Made by a program: the position numbers and the translations under genes. Below are positions 51,040-64,000 of a DNA stretch of 64,000 bases, one piece after another; position 1 is the stretch's first letter; each line of letters opens with the position of its first letter. The notes below the pieces were generated by a model. The model saw nothing but the letters and a program-made list of their open reading frames with translations. It was not told where the DNA came from and did not search any database. Origin of the DNA: Azolla caroliniana (lineage: Eukaryota; Plantae; Polypodiophyta); NCBI GenBank assembly GCA_043228905.1, contig JBHGNT010000005.1, positions 19,034,001 through 19,098,000 of the forward strand, in the 5' to 3' direction.

Positions 51040-51440
51040 ATTAGCACTTCAATGTTCTTGAGAGGCTCTTCTCCATGTTAAACACAAAAGCAAATGGAAT
51101 ACCCCTCCTAACAAGAGTAAATCTTCTTTAATACAAGGCAACAATCTGGTTCACAAAGAGCTTACTTGTCACTGTTGTGGCTATAAAGGCCACATCCTGC
51201 CTGATTGCTGAAAAAAAGGGATAGTGCCACAAAACTATCCTCAACCAACCCCAAGCTCACACGACGATCCAACACTAGTCATACAACCAAAGAAACAGTT
51301 TTCTTAGGCATCAACGCTAAATCTTCCCTTGTGATTGGACAAAGCACATCCTCTCTTTGATGATTGGATTATGGATAGCAGTTGCACAAGTCACATGACA
51401 CATGAAAAATCTATCTTATGTGACATACAGCCACACAACT
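51040..51440 (+). pseudogene. Ancient copia gag knuckle / protease fragment
   Basis: CHCCGYKGHILPDC at ~51167 and WIMDSSCTSHM at ~51365. Confidence 0.65.
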
Positions 51441-51609
51441 CACATTCTTCTTGTATAGTTCCCTTGATTTTTGAAAAAATTAATATACTGAAATCATTTT
51501 CCTTCAATTAAAAATCCAGAGATGTCTGCGAACAGCGAGATTTCCTTTATTATATTTACAAAGAAAGAAAGCATTTGTAATGATAATCTCTTTTTTCAGG
51601 GAAGAGGGC

Positions 51610-54600
51610 ATGTCCAACGAGAGAACAAGTGCTTCCTTGAGGGGAGTCTCCCAATGGAAGGAGGCTGAAACTGAAGAAGTCACCAACATGAAAACCACAG
51701 CCATGAAAAGACCAGTAATAATTCCTACACTGAGGATCTAATTTGGATGAGTTTACGACAAAAAAATAACATTTTATTGGAATAATAACTTTAGTAAATC
51801 AATGGATGGCATTGTAAGTATGCAGTTGTTCTGAATGATGTCAGGCTGAGGAGTTAGCCACAGAATACTTTGAAGAGCTAGAGGAAGCTGTAAAGAAAAG
51901 AAGGATGGTAAGACAAATTTTTCGTACGAAATCTGCATGTGAAGTTTAACTAACCTAATCTTCTGGTTGTACGACCTGCGTACTCTGACAAATTGGTCAC
52001 TATCTTATGCACGGAGAAGGGTACTCTATCTGATGATGCACCTTTGTGGTGGTAAGCTGGCTGAGGTCATGCCTAATGAATAAGCCTTTCTGTTTATTGC
52101 TGAACTTCTCTCCTTCTCACTCTTGAAGTAAGTCTATCCTCGAACCACATAACCTCGTCTTTTCCCAATATGTGTAGACCTCAATGAGTCTTATGACATG
52201 ACTATTACATTGGTCAATTTCGCGTCAAAATTGTGAACTAGATGAGTATTCGGATCACTCTGATCAGGTTCAATCCCTTGAAAAATACCAGACTGTGAGA
52301 GAGTGGGTGGTAAGTTTCAAAAATGACTTTGCCTTAAATGAAACTTTTCCAAGGATAAATTAGGAATGTTCCAATGAAATGTCAACCTTAAGTATTTTTT
52401 CTGGGGATCTTAAATGTGTTTTTCAGCTTTGTGTACTGAGATTCTCCATCATTCTTAGTCAGGAACTCTTGTCTTTGTTGGATATATGGATGTGGAACGA
52501 TGTCTAGGTTTGAATTTCAGTTTGTAAGTATAATTATCTTTCAGTTTCATGATAAGGTTGTAAGTTTACAGGAATCACTCTCTGCTGTTGACAAAGGTTC
52601 CCCTTATTGGATTTTATAGATGGGTTTCCAAAGTGTGGACCTGCCTCCAATCCTAAGCACAGAATCTTTGTTCACAAGAGCAATTCCATTAGGCATGCAA
52701 AACATGGCATTTTGTCGTACTCCTTCAAACCGCATTGGCATTTATAACAGGTATTGTTAAACTATTTTAATTGCTTTAGCAAGACTATTTTTGCATATTT
52801 AAACTTTCACAAGTCTGCGCATACAATAACATAGATAACTCCAATCTTCTATCTTGCAGTCCTCCATCAATGAATCTTGGAAAACTGAATGTATCGATGC
52901 CCAAAACCAGAAAAGTAGAGGCACCGATACTCAGGTTTGAGATGCCAGATGGAACCATACGTAAGCGATTGTGGAGACACTCAGATGTGAAGCCTAGTGA
53001 CTTGATGTGCCCTTACAAATTGCCATTTTTAAGCAAAGAAGAGCTTGATTTTTTAGCAGGTATTTTTAAAAGAAAAATGGGACTGTACATCAGTCCAAAT
53101 ATTTTATTTGTTTGATTATGAACAATGATACGCAGAAGGAATGTTATAATCCTTAAGTTCACATATTACTATTGGGGAAAGTACAGATGACATCATCAAC
53201 AAAGAGAGAGCGGCTTCAAGCATAGAAGCTACATGTCTCCAAAACAAATGTGCGAAAAAGTATTTTCCACAAGTTGTTCAGAATTCGCAGACTCTTCAGA
53301 TGAGTTCTTGTTTGAACCAACCATTGGGCTCATCAAATATATCAGAAGATGTAGAACAGATTTTGCCAGATTCCAGGATAGAGGCAGAATATGTGAATAA
53401 TGAACTCGGTGACAAAGAAGATGACTTTCCACATATTGCTCAAAGTTCTCCGAGTCTTCATATTAGCTCTGCGTTGGTACAGCAATTGGGCTCATCCAAT
53501 GTATCGGAAGATGCAGAACGGATTTTGAAATATCAATACTATATTGAGGCAGGGATAGATGAGAACTTTATAGCACCTATTAGAGAGATATGGATAAAGA
53601 ATGCCCTTCATCATGTTGGTAAGCATGCAATTGAAGGGTTGTCACAAGAGACAATTAGTCATACCCTGCAACAAGTTTCAGAGGAGGTTCACTATGAGTA
53701 TATACTGAGTATGAGGAAATCTATTGTCAATTATATACTTCAGGTTTCTGCATTATCTATACTGATTTAATTATCTTAAAAGCACTTGTATTATACAATA
53801 AATCGTTAAGGCAATCTCAAGAATCAATGCTAAAAGAGTAATTTCCTACCCACACCAGGATAAGTCAGAGCAGGATAGACTTGGACTTACAGATATAGAA
53901 AAGGTCCTTCAAGTAATTACAACTTCATATTTTGCAAGATCCCGCACGATCCAGATTTTATTACCAGAGGGGCGAGTAGCTGTCCTGAATGCACATGGGG
54001 CAATGTCAGGATCATTGCACAGACTGCATCCATTAACTTTAGAGGTCGCAAAGCTCTGGCAAATTTCTTTTGCAAATAAATTATTTTTTGATGTAACTTC
54101 CAATGAATTCCGAGTGAAGATGCCTTTTCGCTTAGATTCCTTTGTATCCAGAGAAAGGCTTTGTATAACAAGTACAAAAGATTCATTAGAGAAAGAGTGG
54201 TTCACTTTAGCTGGAAATCTCTTAAAGCAGGCTCTTCCAATATCCCCAAACAAGGATTTAGATGGATTCTATGATGCTACTGCTGTGCTACTGACCAATC
54301 AGATTATGAGACTTGTTGAAGATTCCATTATAATTTTTACAAGATTCTTCACCTTTTACAGTGAAAAGGAAATTGAATGCATATCATCTATTCCAGGAAA
54401 GCACAATCACTCAGCAGAGAACTATGAAAATTTATTTGAGGATATCAACTCATTAAATGGAGATTGCTCAAGCATGGTGCCACCATTTATAGTTACTCTG
54501 AAGTATCAAAATGGAATCTACAGGTGACTTCTATTCTACACTACAAAATTTTTTCCCCACTGTCATGAATTTACTTGAGCATTTCTGATTCTTAATGTCT

Positions 54601-57600
54601 GTGTACAGTGTCGACCCCTCTTTTGAAGACATTGAATCTGCACTTCTCAAATTGGTGGATCTATGCTCATACGATGGATCGGAAGTAGCATTTGCTGATG
54701 CTAATGGAAAGAAGATAAAATCCCTTATGTTCCCTATTATAGAGGCTGACAATTCTTTAATCGATGTTGCTAAGCAGTTTATTAGAAAGGTATTATTTTA
54801 AATTAGTCATAACAGGTTAAAGTAAGAATTAGATTATTGATTGTGGGTCATGTCCTGCATAGAAAATATGTTAAAGTGGTTTACCATGTTTAGTCTTGGT
54901 AGTTAGGCTTGCCTCTTGAGAGATGTTAAATATTTTTCTTTTTATGAGTCTATCTCCCGCTATAATAGGCAATCCCCATTAGATATATGTACAGTTCTTG
55001 TACTGTATGATTTCGTACAGAAGAAATGTTGTTAAGAAGCTCCTTTACTATTTTCTGTAGGCTGTGCGTTCAAATGCAGAAAAGCCAATGTCCCTCACAA
55101 AAGCTTTTGAATCGGTTGAAGACTTGGCAAATATGAATGCTGAAAGTTTTGTCAAAGAATTTAAAGACCAAGAGAAAACCCTTGCTGATTATGAGGCTAC
55201 TATTGAGGCATTTCGTATGAGATCCCGTGAAGCAGAGTTTGCATCAACCAATAATATGGACTGTGGATTTGTTAGAGTACAATGCATTGAGTTCAAAAAT
55301 CACCTCAGTGACAAAGCAAATTACGTCTGCACATTGTTGTTGGAGCAGGTGAGTTAGTTGATGCTTGTGAACATATTTTGGCTTAGATGAACCATATGTT
55401 TGGAAAGAATTGTAACTGCCATTTTTATTGATTTACTCTAAGGAGCATGAACCTATTGAACACTGGCCATGCCAATGAATCAGTCATCTGTATTTGTAAA
55501 GTGGCCAATCATGCTTTTGCAGATCTCTCATACATCACAATTCAGTCGTTTGTAAACATTATTCACATCCCATAACTTCCTCACTGTTTATACATGTATG
55601 TGTGATTTTATATACATGTAATGTATGTACATGCTCTACATATACATATATATTGTTAGGATCACCTCTGAACATTGGGAATTTTATCTCATGAGAGTCA
55701 CGTGGTGTTTTTTCAAGTTTTCAGCTTGTTTTTTCCAGGAATATTGGTGTGTCACTGATGCTTCTCCATGTTCCTGTTGATATTGGATAGATTGAGCCCC
55801 ACAATGGAAATCATCTGCCCCTTCGAAAGCTACTTACATGTTCTGTTTGGCTTATAGTGTTATCCCAAGTTTATCCTACCGCTTAACGCTTTTCTAGGGG
55901 TGGTCACGTATGATGCTTCTTACCATTTTATGTTTCCTTATATGTTCGTGAAATAAATTTCCTGCAAATGGGTTTGTTTATCTGCACTTGTCTCATGTTT
56001 TCATCTGTAATGATGTGTTTATGTTGTATGTTTTGTGTTTTTTTGTAAGCATAGATTGACATATTTGCATTCGTTGGGCCTGCCCCACAAATGCATACGA
56101 ATACATGTAAATGTATTTGTTTTCTTTGGAAAAAAAAATTGTGTGAGCGAGTGAACAAGGAGCAGCAAGCGAGGAGCCTCACCCTGTTCCCTGTGCTTGC
56201 TTACACCCTCGCCTCCCTCTGCATCTGTTCTCTGCCAGATAATTAGGGGTTCGGCTGAAACCCTAATTTCAGTCAAAATCCTAATTTCGACTGTATTTCT
56301 TCTTTTTGGCCTGCATCCTCACCTCCCTTTCATGCTCTACGCTAATCCTACATCCTGTTCTCGGCTGCAAACTCAGGGTTTCACTGAAATCCTAAGTTTA
56401 GCCGAAACCCTAATTAATTAATTATTAATGTATTAATTGATTATTAATGAATTAATTAATAATTTTCAATGAATGAATTAATGTTTTAATGAATTAAGCA
56501 ATGTATTAGTAAATTAATTAATGTATTAGGGAATTAATTAATTAATAGTAAATTGATTAATGTATTAGTAGATTAATTATTATATAAGTGAACTAATTAA
56601 TTATTTGTGTATTAGTAAATTAATTATTGTCTTAGTGATTTAATTAATGTTATATGGAATTAATTTTTCTAGTGAATTAAATAATTTTTATTATATAAAT
56701 TTAAAACGAATGGTTTTATAATATTCTTAGGGCATTTTTTCATTCTTGAATATTACGAATATCATGAATGTCGAATTTCACGAATATCACGCATGGGTCA
56801 ATCTATGTTTTAAGCATGCATGCCACATGTGCTTTGTTTTTTGTGTGCAAAAGCTTTGTACGTTGATTGATTAAATCAGGTTCACGTATTTTATTTGGTC
56901 AAATCAATGGTCATTTGAGTGAATTGGGCCACCTGTATGACTTCAGATTTTAGCAGAATTAACTGCTGCCAACCAAGAAGTTTCCATTTGCTGTGAGCGG
57001 ATTGCTAGAGATATTACAAAGGTTTCCACAAATTCAGAAGAGGCTGTTAATCTGCAAAAGTAAGCTCTAACTTCCTTTTATCCTTGGAAATAAGCCATAT
57101 GTAATGCTTCTAATGTGTATTATAATCGAAGCCATCATGGCATGGCTTTGATACTCCCATCCTCGTCCCATCAACCTTACTATATTGGATCACCTCATGC
57201 TGGATAACAGTTACATTTCAAGGCATTTAGTTTTCAGAAACTAACATAGAGAGACATTTTCTTTTGTTGCTAATATTGAAAAGGTAATGAAAAAAGTTGT
57301 CATCTTTGTCAGATCTCATAGGGCATTATGACCGTTTAGAAAGCTATAGGAACACCTTTAAGAGGCCAAAATGGACCATTATACGAAACAAGTGGTTACA
57401 TCTTAAAGAAGCTTAAAGACTAATCATATGGTACTAAAAAATCTATATATGTAAGATCTAAGATTTTAAAATTAGATAGACTGAAACTTTTCTCTTAAAA
57501 AAATCTCCAACATGGACCACTCCAAGATGGAGAAATCTCTGAAGTGAGGGAAAAACCTTTGGTGCCGGATGATAATGCATTTATTTTTTGGTGACTAGGG

Positions 57601-60600
57601 TGATGAGGCGGTAGTCTAGATGGTCATGGCTACATGCACAACACATTGCTGACCCTTGTTTGGTCTTATATGCCATTTTGGCCTCTTAAAAGAAGTTTAT
57701 ATATCTTTCTCTCTTTTTACATTGTCTTGTGCTGTAGAGATGCATTTTTTAACTGCCTCTTGACCTTTCTTTAGATCTACTTTAATTGCTAAGGTTGATT
57801 AATACTAGCTCAAACTCAGTTGATGACATTTCAGCCATGATGCCATATCATCGTTAACCTCTAGATTCGATTGTATGATGCTTGCAGTGTAATTTTGCTG
57901 GACCTCTGTAATTCCATCCTCAAAAGGTCATACAGTTCTATTTTGTATTTTTCTAGGCCCTGTTGCACACTACCTCTTTTAAGGCCGTTTCTATATTATG
58001 TCTCATGTGATTAAACTCGATGCTAATCAGTTGGTTTAAGACATTGTTGCTAATCAGTTGGTCTCATAGGCCATTTTGGCCTCTTAAAAGATGTTAATAT
58101 ATTGTTCTTTCTTTCTTTCTTTTTTAACTACAGTTCTGGCTACTTAATGTGTATGGTAAGTCTCTGCCATCAGATTGAGGTAGGTAGATATACACGACTA
58201 CCTCTAGAAGAGAGAATTTGCCAATTGTGTCATCAAGGAGTGGAATCTGAGGAATACTATGTTTGTCATTGTAGTGTCTTTTATGAAATCAGAGGGAGAT
58301 ACCATTTAAAGCCTCTTTAAACAAGGCTTTGATCCACTACACAAGGTAATGGAATATGAGGACGAACGATGCCTAGGACTTTTCTTGCTGGAGCTCAAGA
58401 GACATCGGGAAAAGTTGTTGAAGAATACAACCACACAAGCTCATCCACAAAGAACAATCACAACTTTCTTTAGCCCCATCACTCCTAATGCTACAAGTCC
58501 ATCACGGGATACACAAATGGGCGCTAGACCAGGACATAACAAAGGGGTTACAATTGATCGGGCAATAGCAATTTGCCGTGCACATAGGCACCGGCCCCAT
58601 GGACCACGACCTTGACACCCTTGTCATCGACAGATAAAAACCATTATCTCCCACCATCATAGGTGCTTCCCTCGCTTCGGAGACATTTCCATTCTGGATC
58701 GACCTATGCTAGAGATCTTTCGATCACAAAAGCTACAATATACCTCACTTGAGAATCTCACATGTGCCAAAAACCAGATTCCCTCGTTTATTCTCCTTTC
58801 ATCTTATTTACTGTGTAATATTTATTTTATTTTGATTTGTTCTCAAAGACGAGACAACACTGAAGATGTAATCTCTTATTTGGTCTATAGGCCATTTTGG
58901 CCTCTTAAAAGACGTTAATATATCTTTCTTTCTTTCTATCATTTGTGTAATGCTTTCTATAGGTCTGTTATTTTGTTGCGATGGAGAGAAATAACTAATT
59001 TGGTCTTATCAATGAGTGCATTTCTTTTGATATTTGAATCCTTATTATAACTTTTTCATTTGCAGACTGCTTTTCTCTTGTCCTAATGAACTTGCAACAG
59101 TTGAAAAGGTTTTAGCTGAATGCAGACAAAAAGATGAATTCCTAGAAAAATTCATGTTTCAGATTCCAGAAACTGAATTTAGAAGCATGATGCTGGCTTA
59201 TGAATGGCCAAAGAGAGTGAGGGCAGTAGTTGAAGTGCACACTCGCAGAATACAAGAGGAATATGAACAATATGAGCTGGCTTTAAAAAAACGCAGAGCT
59301 GCCTTCTTAGAGCTCTTGGAATTGTGAGTTTTGTTTTAGATTTCAACACTTGGATTATTCTTATCATTACTTTAAAATCAGAGAGATTTCTTACAGTTCA
59401 AGCTTAAAGAGAATTCTAGATGTTTCTGCTACGTTATAAAAGTAAAGATACACAATTACCAAATTCATAAATGAGAGGATCTATAGAAATGGTGATGGTG
59501 TTTTGCATGAGCCCAAGAACAAACTTCTAGCTGAACTATGGGGAGAACTAACTAGCAATGAGAAGTTTACAAGAGATAATGCTAATGTTACATTGCAATT
59601 CAATAATAGTCTAGATAGCCTGATAACCCATATGCTAATATAACTAAGAAGCTAATAAGCTAGGATAGCATGGAAGCTATTTAAAGCTAATATAACAGCT
59701 GATATATTTAGGGTCTGATCTGCAAATGGGCACTTATGCCTCTTCAATGGCTTCTTGTACATACTAGTTACCATGAGAGTAGCAGACTTTTTTTAATTAT
59801 CTACAACCACCGATTGTATACCCGCTTTGCATCTGGTCTGTGATATGTTGCTTTGTTGTCACTTATGCATGTGTGTACCTATCTAAATTAAGGGATGTGG
59901 ACATAATGCATCCTTATATAATGAATGTGGAGATAAGATGTAAGATATCTATTTATTGGATGACTTAACGTATATTTAGCGACATAATTTACTCCATATT
60001 TAATGTAAATAATTACAAGTCTTGATTTTTTCTTGGAAAATAATTTTATGCAACTATTTAATTGGGACACTATTGTTGTGAGACCATGAATATTAATTGT
60101 GCATTTAAGATTGGTGCATGATGTTTTAATGTTTTTTTTGCCACATCATATTGAACTAGGTATGATTCTCAAGTTAAAGGCTTTGAAAAACATGGCGAAA
60201 TAGAAAAGGCTGAATTTATTTCAGCTGAAGTCCAGGTTAATGAATCTGCTTTTCTTAATGCAGTGTTTTCGGTCACTAATTGATGTAGAGCATCCTTTTT
60301 GTACCTTATAGGTTATTAGCTCATGTTGTGGTGGATTGCATAAAACTAGGCTTTATGACCTATAAATGTTGTTGTAAAGCAAAAATAGCATACATTTTGT
60401 GGTAATGTTGCATATTTACGTCTATATTTTTCTTTGGATTTTATGTTTCGTAAAGGTTTTATGCTTACTTCGTAAAACAAAAATTGTTCTGGATTTAGGT
60501 GCTTGCATCAAATCTGGGAGAAGCTCAAGTTAATTCAGAAAATTTAAATTCAGAAGAACAACTTTTCGGAATGGCTCCAACAAAATTTATTCAAATACAA

Positions 60601-63600
60601 CAGATGATTACTGCATTAGATCCATTCTTGAAGTTATGGAAGATTGCAGGATCTTTTAAAAAGTGTGAAATCGAATGGATGTCAGTACCATTCTTCTCTT
60701 TGGATATGGAGAAGATTGAGAATGAGGTAGAAAAGAAATATCATGATGAAATGTGCTTCCTTTTCATGAAGATTATTCATTTTCCTCTTTTAGTTTTTTT
60801 CTTTCTTTTAAAAATGTTACCTTGCTACATTCTTCTTTTCCACGTTCATACATATGTATATCTATCTATCTATCTATATCTATATATTCCTATATGTGAG
60901 GCACATGAGAATGTTTTTGTATACATTGGATTTGCTAATGAAGGAATACAATCTGTCAATTAATGGAATGTTCATCAGTTAAATGGTTCCTCACTAACCA
61001 AGATTTCAAAAACTATAAAAGGGCGGGCAAAGAGTTGTCTCTTGTCGTATTTCTTGTTATACTGACCAATTAGAAAACAATGGAGCTTTAATTTATTGCT
61101 GCTGCTTTTTAGGTTATGATAATGTGGAAAGTGATATATAAGCTCATCAAACAATTTGGGAGCGACTATGAAGAACCAACAAAGGTTGCAGTAGCTGTTA
61201 AGGCGAATATTGACCGTTTTAAGGAGAATCTTCCACTCTTTCGTTGCCTTAGTAATCCTGGTAATTTTAAGTGATTCAGTAGAATGGCATATTTCCACAG
61301 TCACTATTTCATTTGTTAGGATACCATACTGTTGTGAATTTCTAGTTATGTGTTCTTGTTTAGAAATTGTTATTGGAAACACTTGAATACAAGCAAATAG
61401 CTGCTCAAAATGGAATTGTCTGAGAGTAACGGAAACTAGAGATCTTTTGAAGACAAAAATTACAATATATCTGACTTGAGAATGTTACATGTACTGATAA
61501 CAAGATTCTTTTGTCCCTTTTTATCTTACTTTTTTTACTTAGCAACATTTATATTGGTTTGCTGTTCTCAAAGATGAGACAACACTTAACATGTAATTTT
61601 TTGTTGGTCTTATAGGCCATTTTTGGCATCTTAAAAGATGTTACTATATCTTTCTTTTTGAAGAAAAGAATTTGCCAATTGTGTCATCAAGGAGTGGTAT
61701 CTGAAGAACACTATGTCCATGTAGTGTTTTTTATGAAATAAGAGGGAGATACTATTGCCTCCTTAAACAAAGCTTTCGCTCACTACGCAAGGTAATGGAA
61801 TATGAGGACCAACACTCTTTTCTTGCTAGAACTCAAGAGATATAAGGACAAGTTGTTGAAGGACAACAATACAGCCACACCAGGTCATCAACAAAGAACA
61901 TCATAGCTTTCTTTAGCCCCATTGCTCTTACTCATACTACAAGTCAATCAAGGGCTACACAAATGGGCTCCAAACTAGGACATAGCATAAGGGTTACAAT
62001 AGATCAGGCAATCACAATTTTCTGTGCATGTAGGCCCTAGCTTCATGGACCACCATCTCATCACCCTTCTCATTGACAGATAAAGGCCATTATCTCCTGC
62101 CATCACAGGTGCTTCCCTCACTTCAGAGACCTCTCCATTCTGGATCGACCTATGCTAGACATCTTTTGAAGGCAAAAAGTACAGTATACATAACTTGAGA
62201 GTCTTTAGTCTCTTTTTATTTTAAGTACGTTTTTTTACTCAGTAACGCATACCTAGGATAGCATTCATATTGCCTTGGCTCTCCCTTGGATAGGCTGCTT
62301 ATGCTCAACTTGTTGAGATGCAGCCCTTGATACTCTTGAAAGACAATGTGCACGTATCTAGTTTGAAGAATCATGGACAAAATTGTGGTTGTTTGATATA
62401 CTTGTAGCATAGACTCTTCATACGGGTAGAAACTTGGGGAACGAACCTTCATGAGGAACAATTTGAGATATTTTGGAGCATCCATTAGTCTCTATGATTG
62501 CTTCCATGATAATGCGCTGTGTTTTAGTGCATCTAGACTTAGAACGTTGAGTGCTTGGGGAACAACGTATGTAGATTTATTAATTTAGTTATATTTATTT
62601 TGGTCTGTTGTTGTCATAGATAAGAACATTTTAAGATGTTATCTCTTGTTCGTTCTCATAGGCATCTGAAAAGATGCTTATACATCTTTGTTTGTTTCTT
62701 ATTTTTCTCCAAGATGCAATAACATTTTTAGGTACAATCTCATACAACTTTTATGTCTCTTAAGAAATGTTACTATTTCTTTCTTTTTATTTGATATTGG
62801 CCTTGGTATCAATATCTGGTTATATAGATCTCTACAGTGGTTTATTTTACAGAATATCACTTAAATTAGGTTGCTAAAGTTTTTGGCTGTTGGATACACT
62901 ATGCTTTTGTACGTTCTCAAGACTAGGTGACATGGCAATACTGACAGTTTTCTGCACAAATAATATACAGCTGTCTTTATTATGAAAACAAATAATACGA
63001 TTTTGGAAAATGTTTCCTAGCTCATAAAACTACCATACTGATTTATATGGTTGAAAATATAATTCTAAATGTTGTCTCTATATGAAACTAGGACTTAGAC
63101 CACGACATTTTGAAAAGATTTCTGAAATTGTGGGATTTGAAATAAAAGGCGAGGATATGACATCATTTCGTCAACTTTTACGGCTTCAGGCATGTACTTG
63201 TGTGCCCTTCATTCTTAGAAATGTGATTTAGTGCTTTATTTGTTGATGTCCTATCTAACAGTTATTATTATGTTTTAGCCATGTTATAAAGATTGTCGAC
63301 ATTTTGTTAGTGCACATTCATCCAAACATAATCCTGTATAGAATTCAGGACTTGAAACCATTCTGGACTCCAAATTCTGGCTACACAAGTGATTGAAAAC
63401 CTGCCCAAAATTTAAGCTAATAATCTCCCATGTCACTTTCCTAATTTTAACAACATGATTATACTTACTGCATTGTGAAAGCAGCCACTTTCTCTCTGAG
63501 GAAATAGTGCTGTCTTTTAATTTCTTGAGGAGACAGTCGGATATCCATATCTGGGAACTTATCATAGAACAATCTTGAATACTTGCATTTTGACTTTTCT

Positions 63601-63910
63601 CTTCCAGTAAGAGGTTCCAATTTAATAAGCGCATTATCGGATGAGTGAATTTTAGAGTTAAAGATCAATCAAGGGATTTCTAGCTGAGAAGATTTGTCAG
63701 CTTCATTGGAAGCATTTGATATTTCTTACAGGCATTTGGATATAGATGGTAAATATTGAAGATTTAGAATCTCAACACTTGTGAGGTCATTTGTAGGTTG
63801 ACGAACATCTTCTGAAACTAGAGGAAATAAGTGAACTTGCGAGTAAAGAATATTCTCTTGAAAAATCTTTGGATCAGATGAAGGCAGACTGGGCTAATTT
63901 GGCATTTGAG
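51610..63910 (+). CDS. DNAH: Axonemal inner-arm dynein heavy chain (DNAH3/7/12-like), N-terminal part, continues beyond the window
   Basis: Phase-consistent exons: 51610-51714, 51845-51907, 52620-52750, 52860-53059, 53187-53743, 53859-54523, 54609-54789, 55061-55348, 56947-57059, 59066-59323, 60160-60235, 60499-60726, 61113-61260, 63092-63189, 63797-63910. DHC motifs LNSEEQLFG, LDPFLKLW, FKENLPLFRCLSNPGLRPRHF and ASKEYSLEKSLDQMKADW. Start codon and the first two exons are less certain. Confidence 0.88.
56410..56700. repeat. AT-rich AATT low-complexity tract in a dynein intron
   Basis: Repeated aattaatt motifs, preceded by two aaaccctaat-containing palindromic motifs (56241-56268, 56389-56416). 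Confidence 0.6.
57357..57715 (-). mobile_element. Minus-strand LINE 3'-end copy followed by an inverted short 3' tail
   Basis: tttaagaggccaaaatgg at 57357, the reverse complement of the family body, then gccattttggcctcttaaaag at ~57673. Confidence 0.7.
58143..58935 (+). mobile_element. LINE (RTE-X-like) 3' end with C-terminal Cys/His knuckle and (CTTT)n tail
   Basis: HQIEVGRYTRLPLEERICQLC..ESEEYYVCHC; terminus gccattttggcctcttaaaagacgttaatatatctttctttc. Confidence 0.8.
61430..62210 (+). mobile_element. Two tandem partial copies of the same LINE 3' end
   Basis: Tail ends at ~61660 and is immediately followed by an EEKRICQLCHQG-encoding copy. Confidence 0.75.
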
Positions 63911-64000
63911 GTACAATATTTTCTATGTGAAAAACAAATTTGAACATTCCTGTATTTCGAAATATTATCTGTTAAAATATGTGGATTGCGATTCTTGTTT

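Noticed and set aside
59807-59821. 15-bp match (ccaccgattgtatac) to the end of the ribozyme element at 24827
   Set aside because: No extended similarity; an isolated 15-mer match is expected by chance in a 64-kb self-comparison
60978-61040. Possible extra dynein exon
   Set aside because: Exons 60499-60726 and 61113-61260 already join in frame with the expected DHC sequence

Overview
Eukaryotic plant DNA, most likely from a seed-free plant with flagellated sperm such as a fern (inferred from the axonemal dynein and the retroelement types). 1-6.6 kb is AT-rich with decayed LINE fragments. 6.6-48.2 kb is a deeply nested LTR-retrotransposon pile: at least 8 Ty1/copia copies or fragments, one Ty3/gypsy with a tRNA-Trp PBS, and three solo LTRs. 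Most insertions can be delimited by LTR, PBS, PPT and TSD, and all coding regions are pseudogenised. 48.3-64 kb is the 5' part of an intact multi-exon inner-arm axonemal dynein heavy chain gene, whose introns carry repeated LINE 3' ends. The standout is a 1.5-kb non-coding insertion without a TSD (23376-24883) that splits a copia gag start codon. It consists of a 67-bp C-rich tandem array, a TATA box and a minimal type I hammerhead ribozyme, and may be a Penelope/retrozyme-like non-autonomous element. All calls were made by eye, without database searches.
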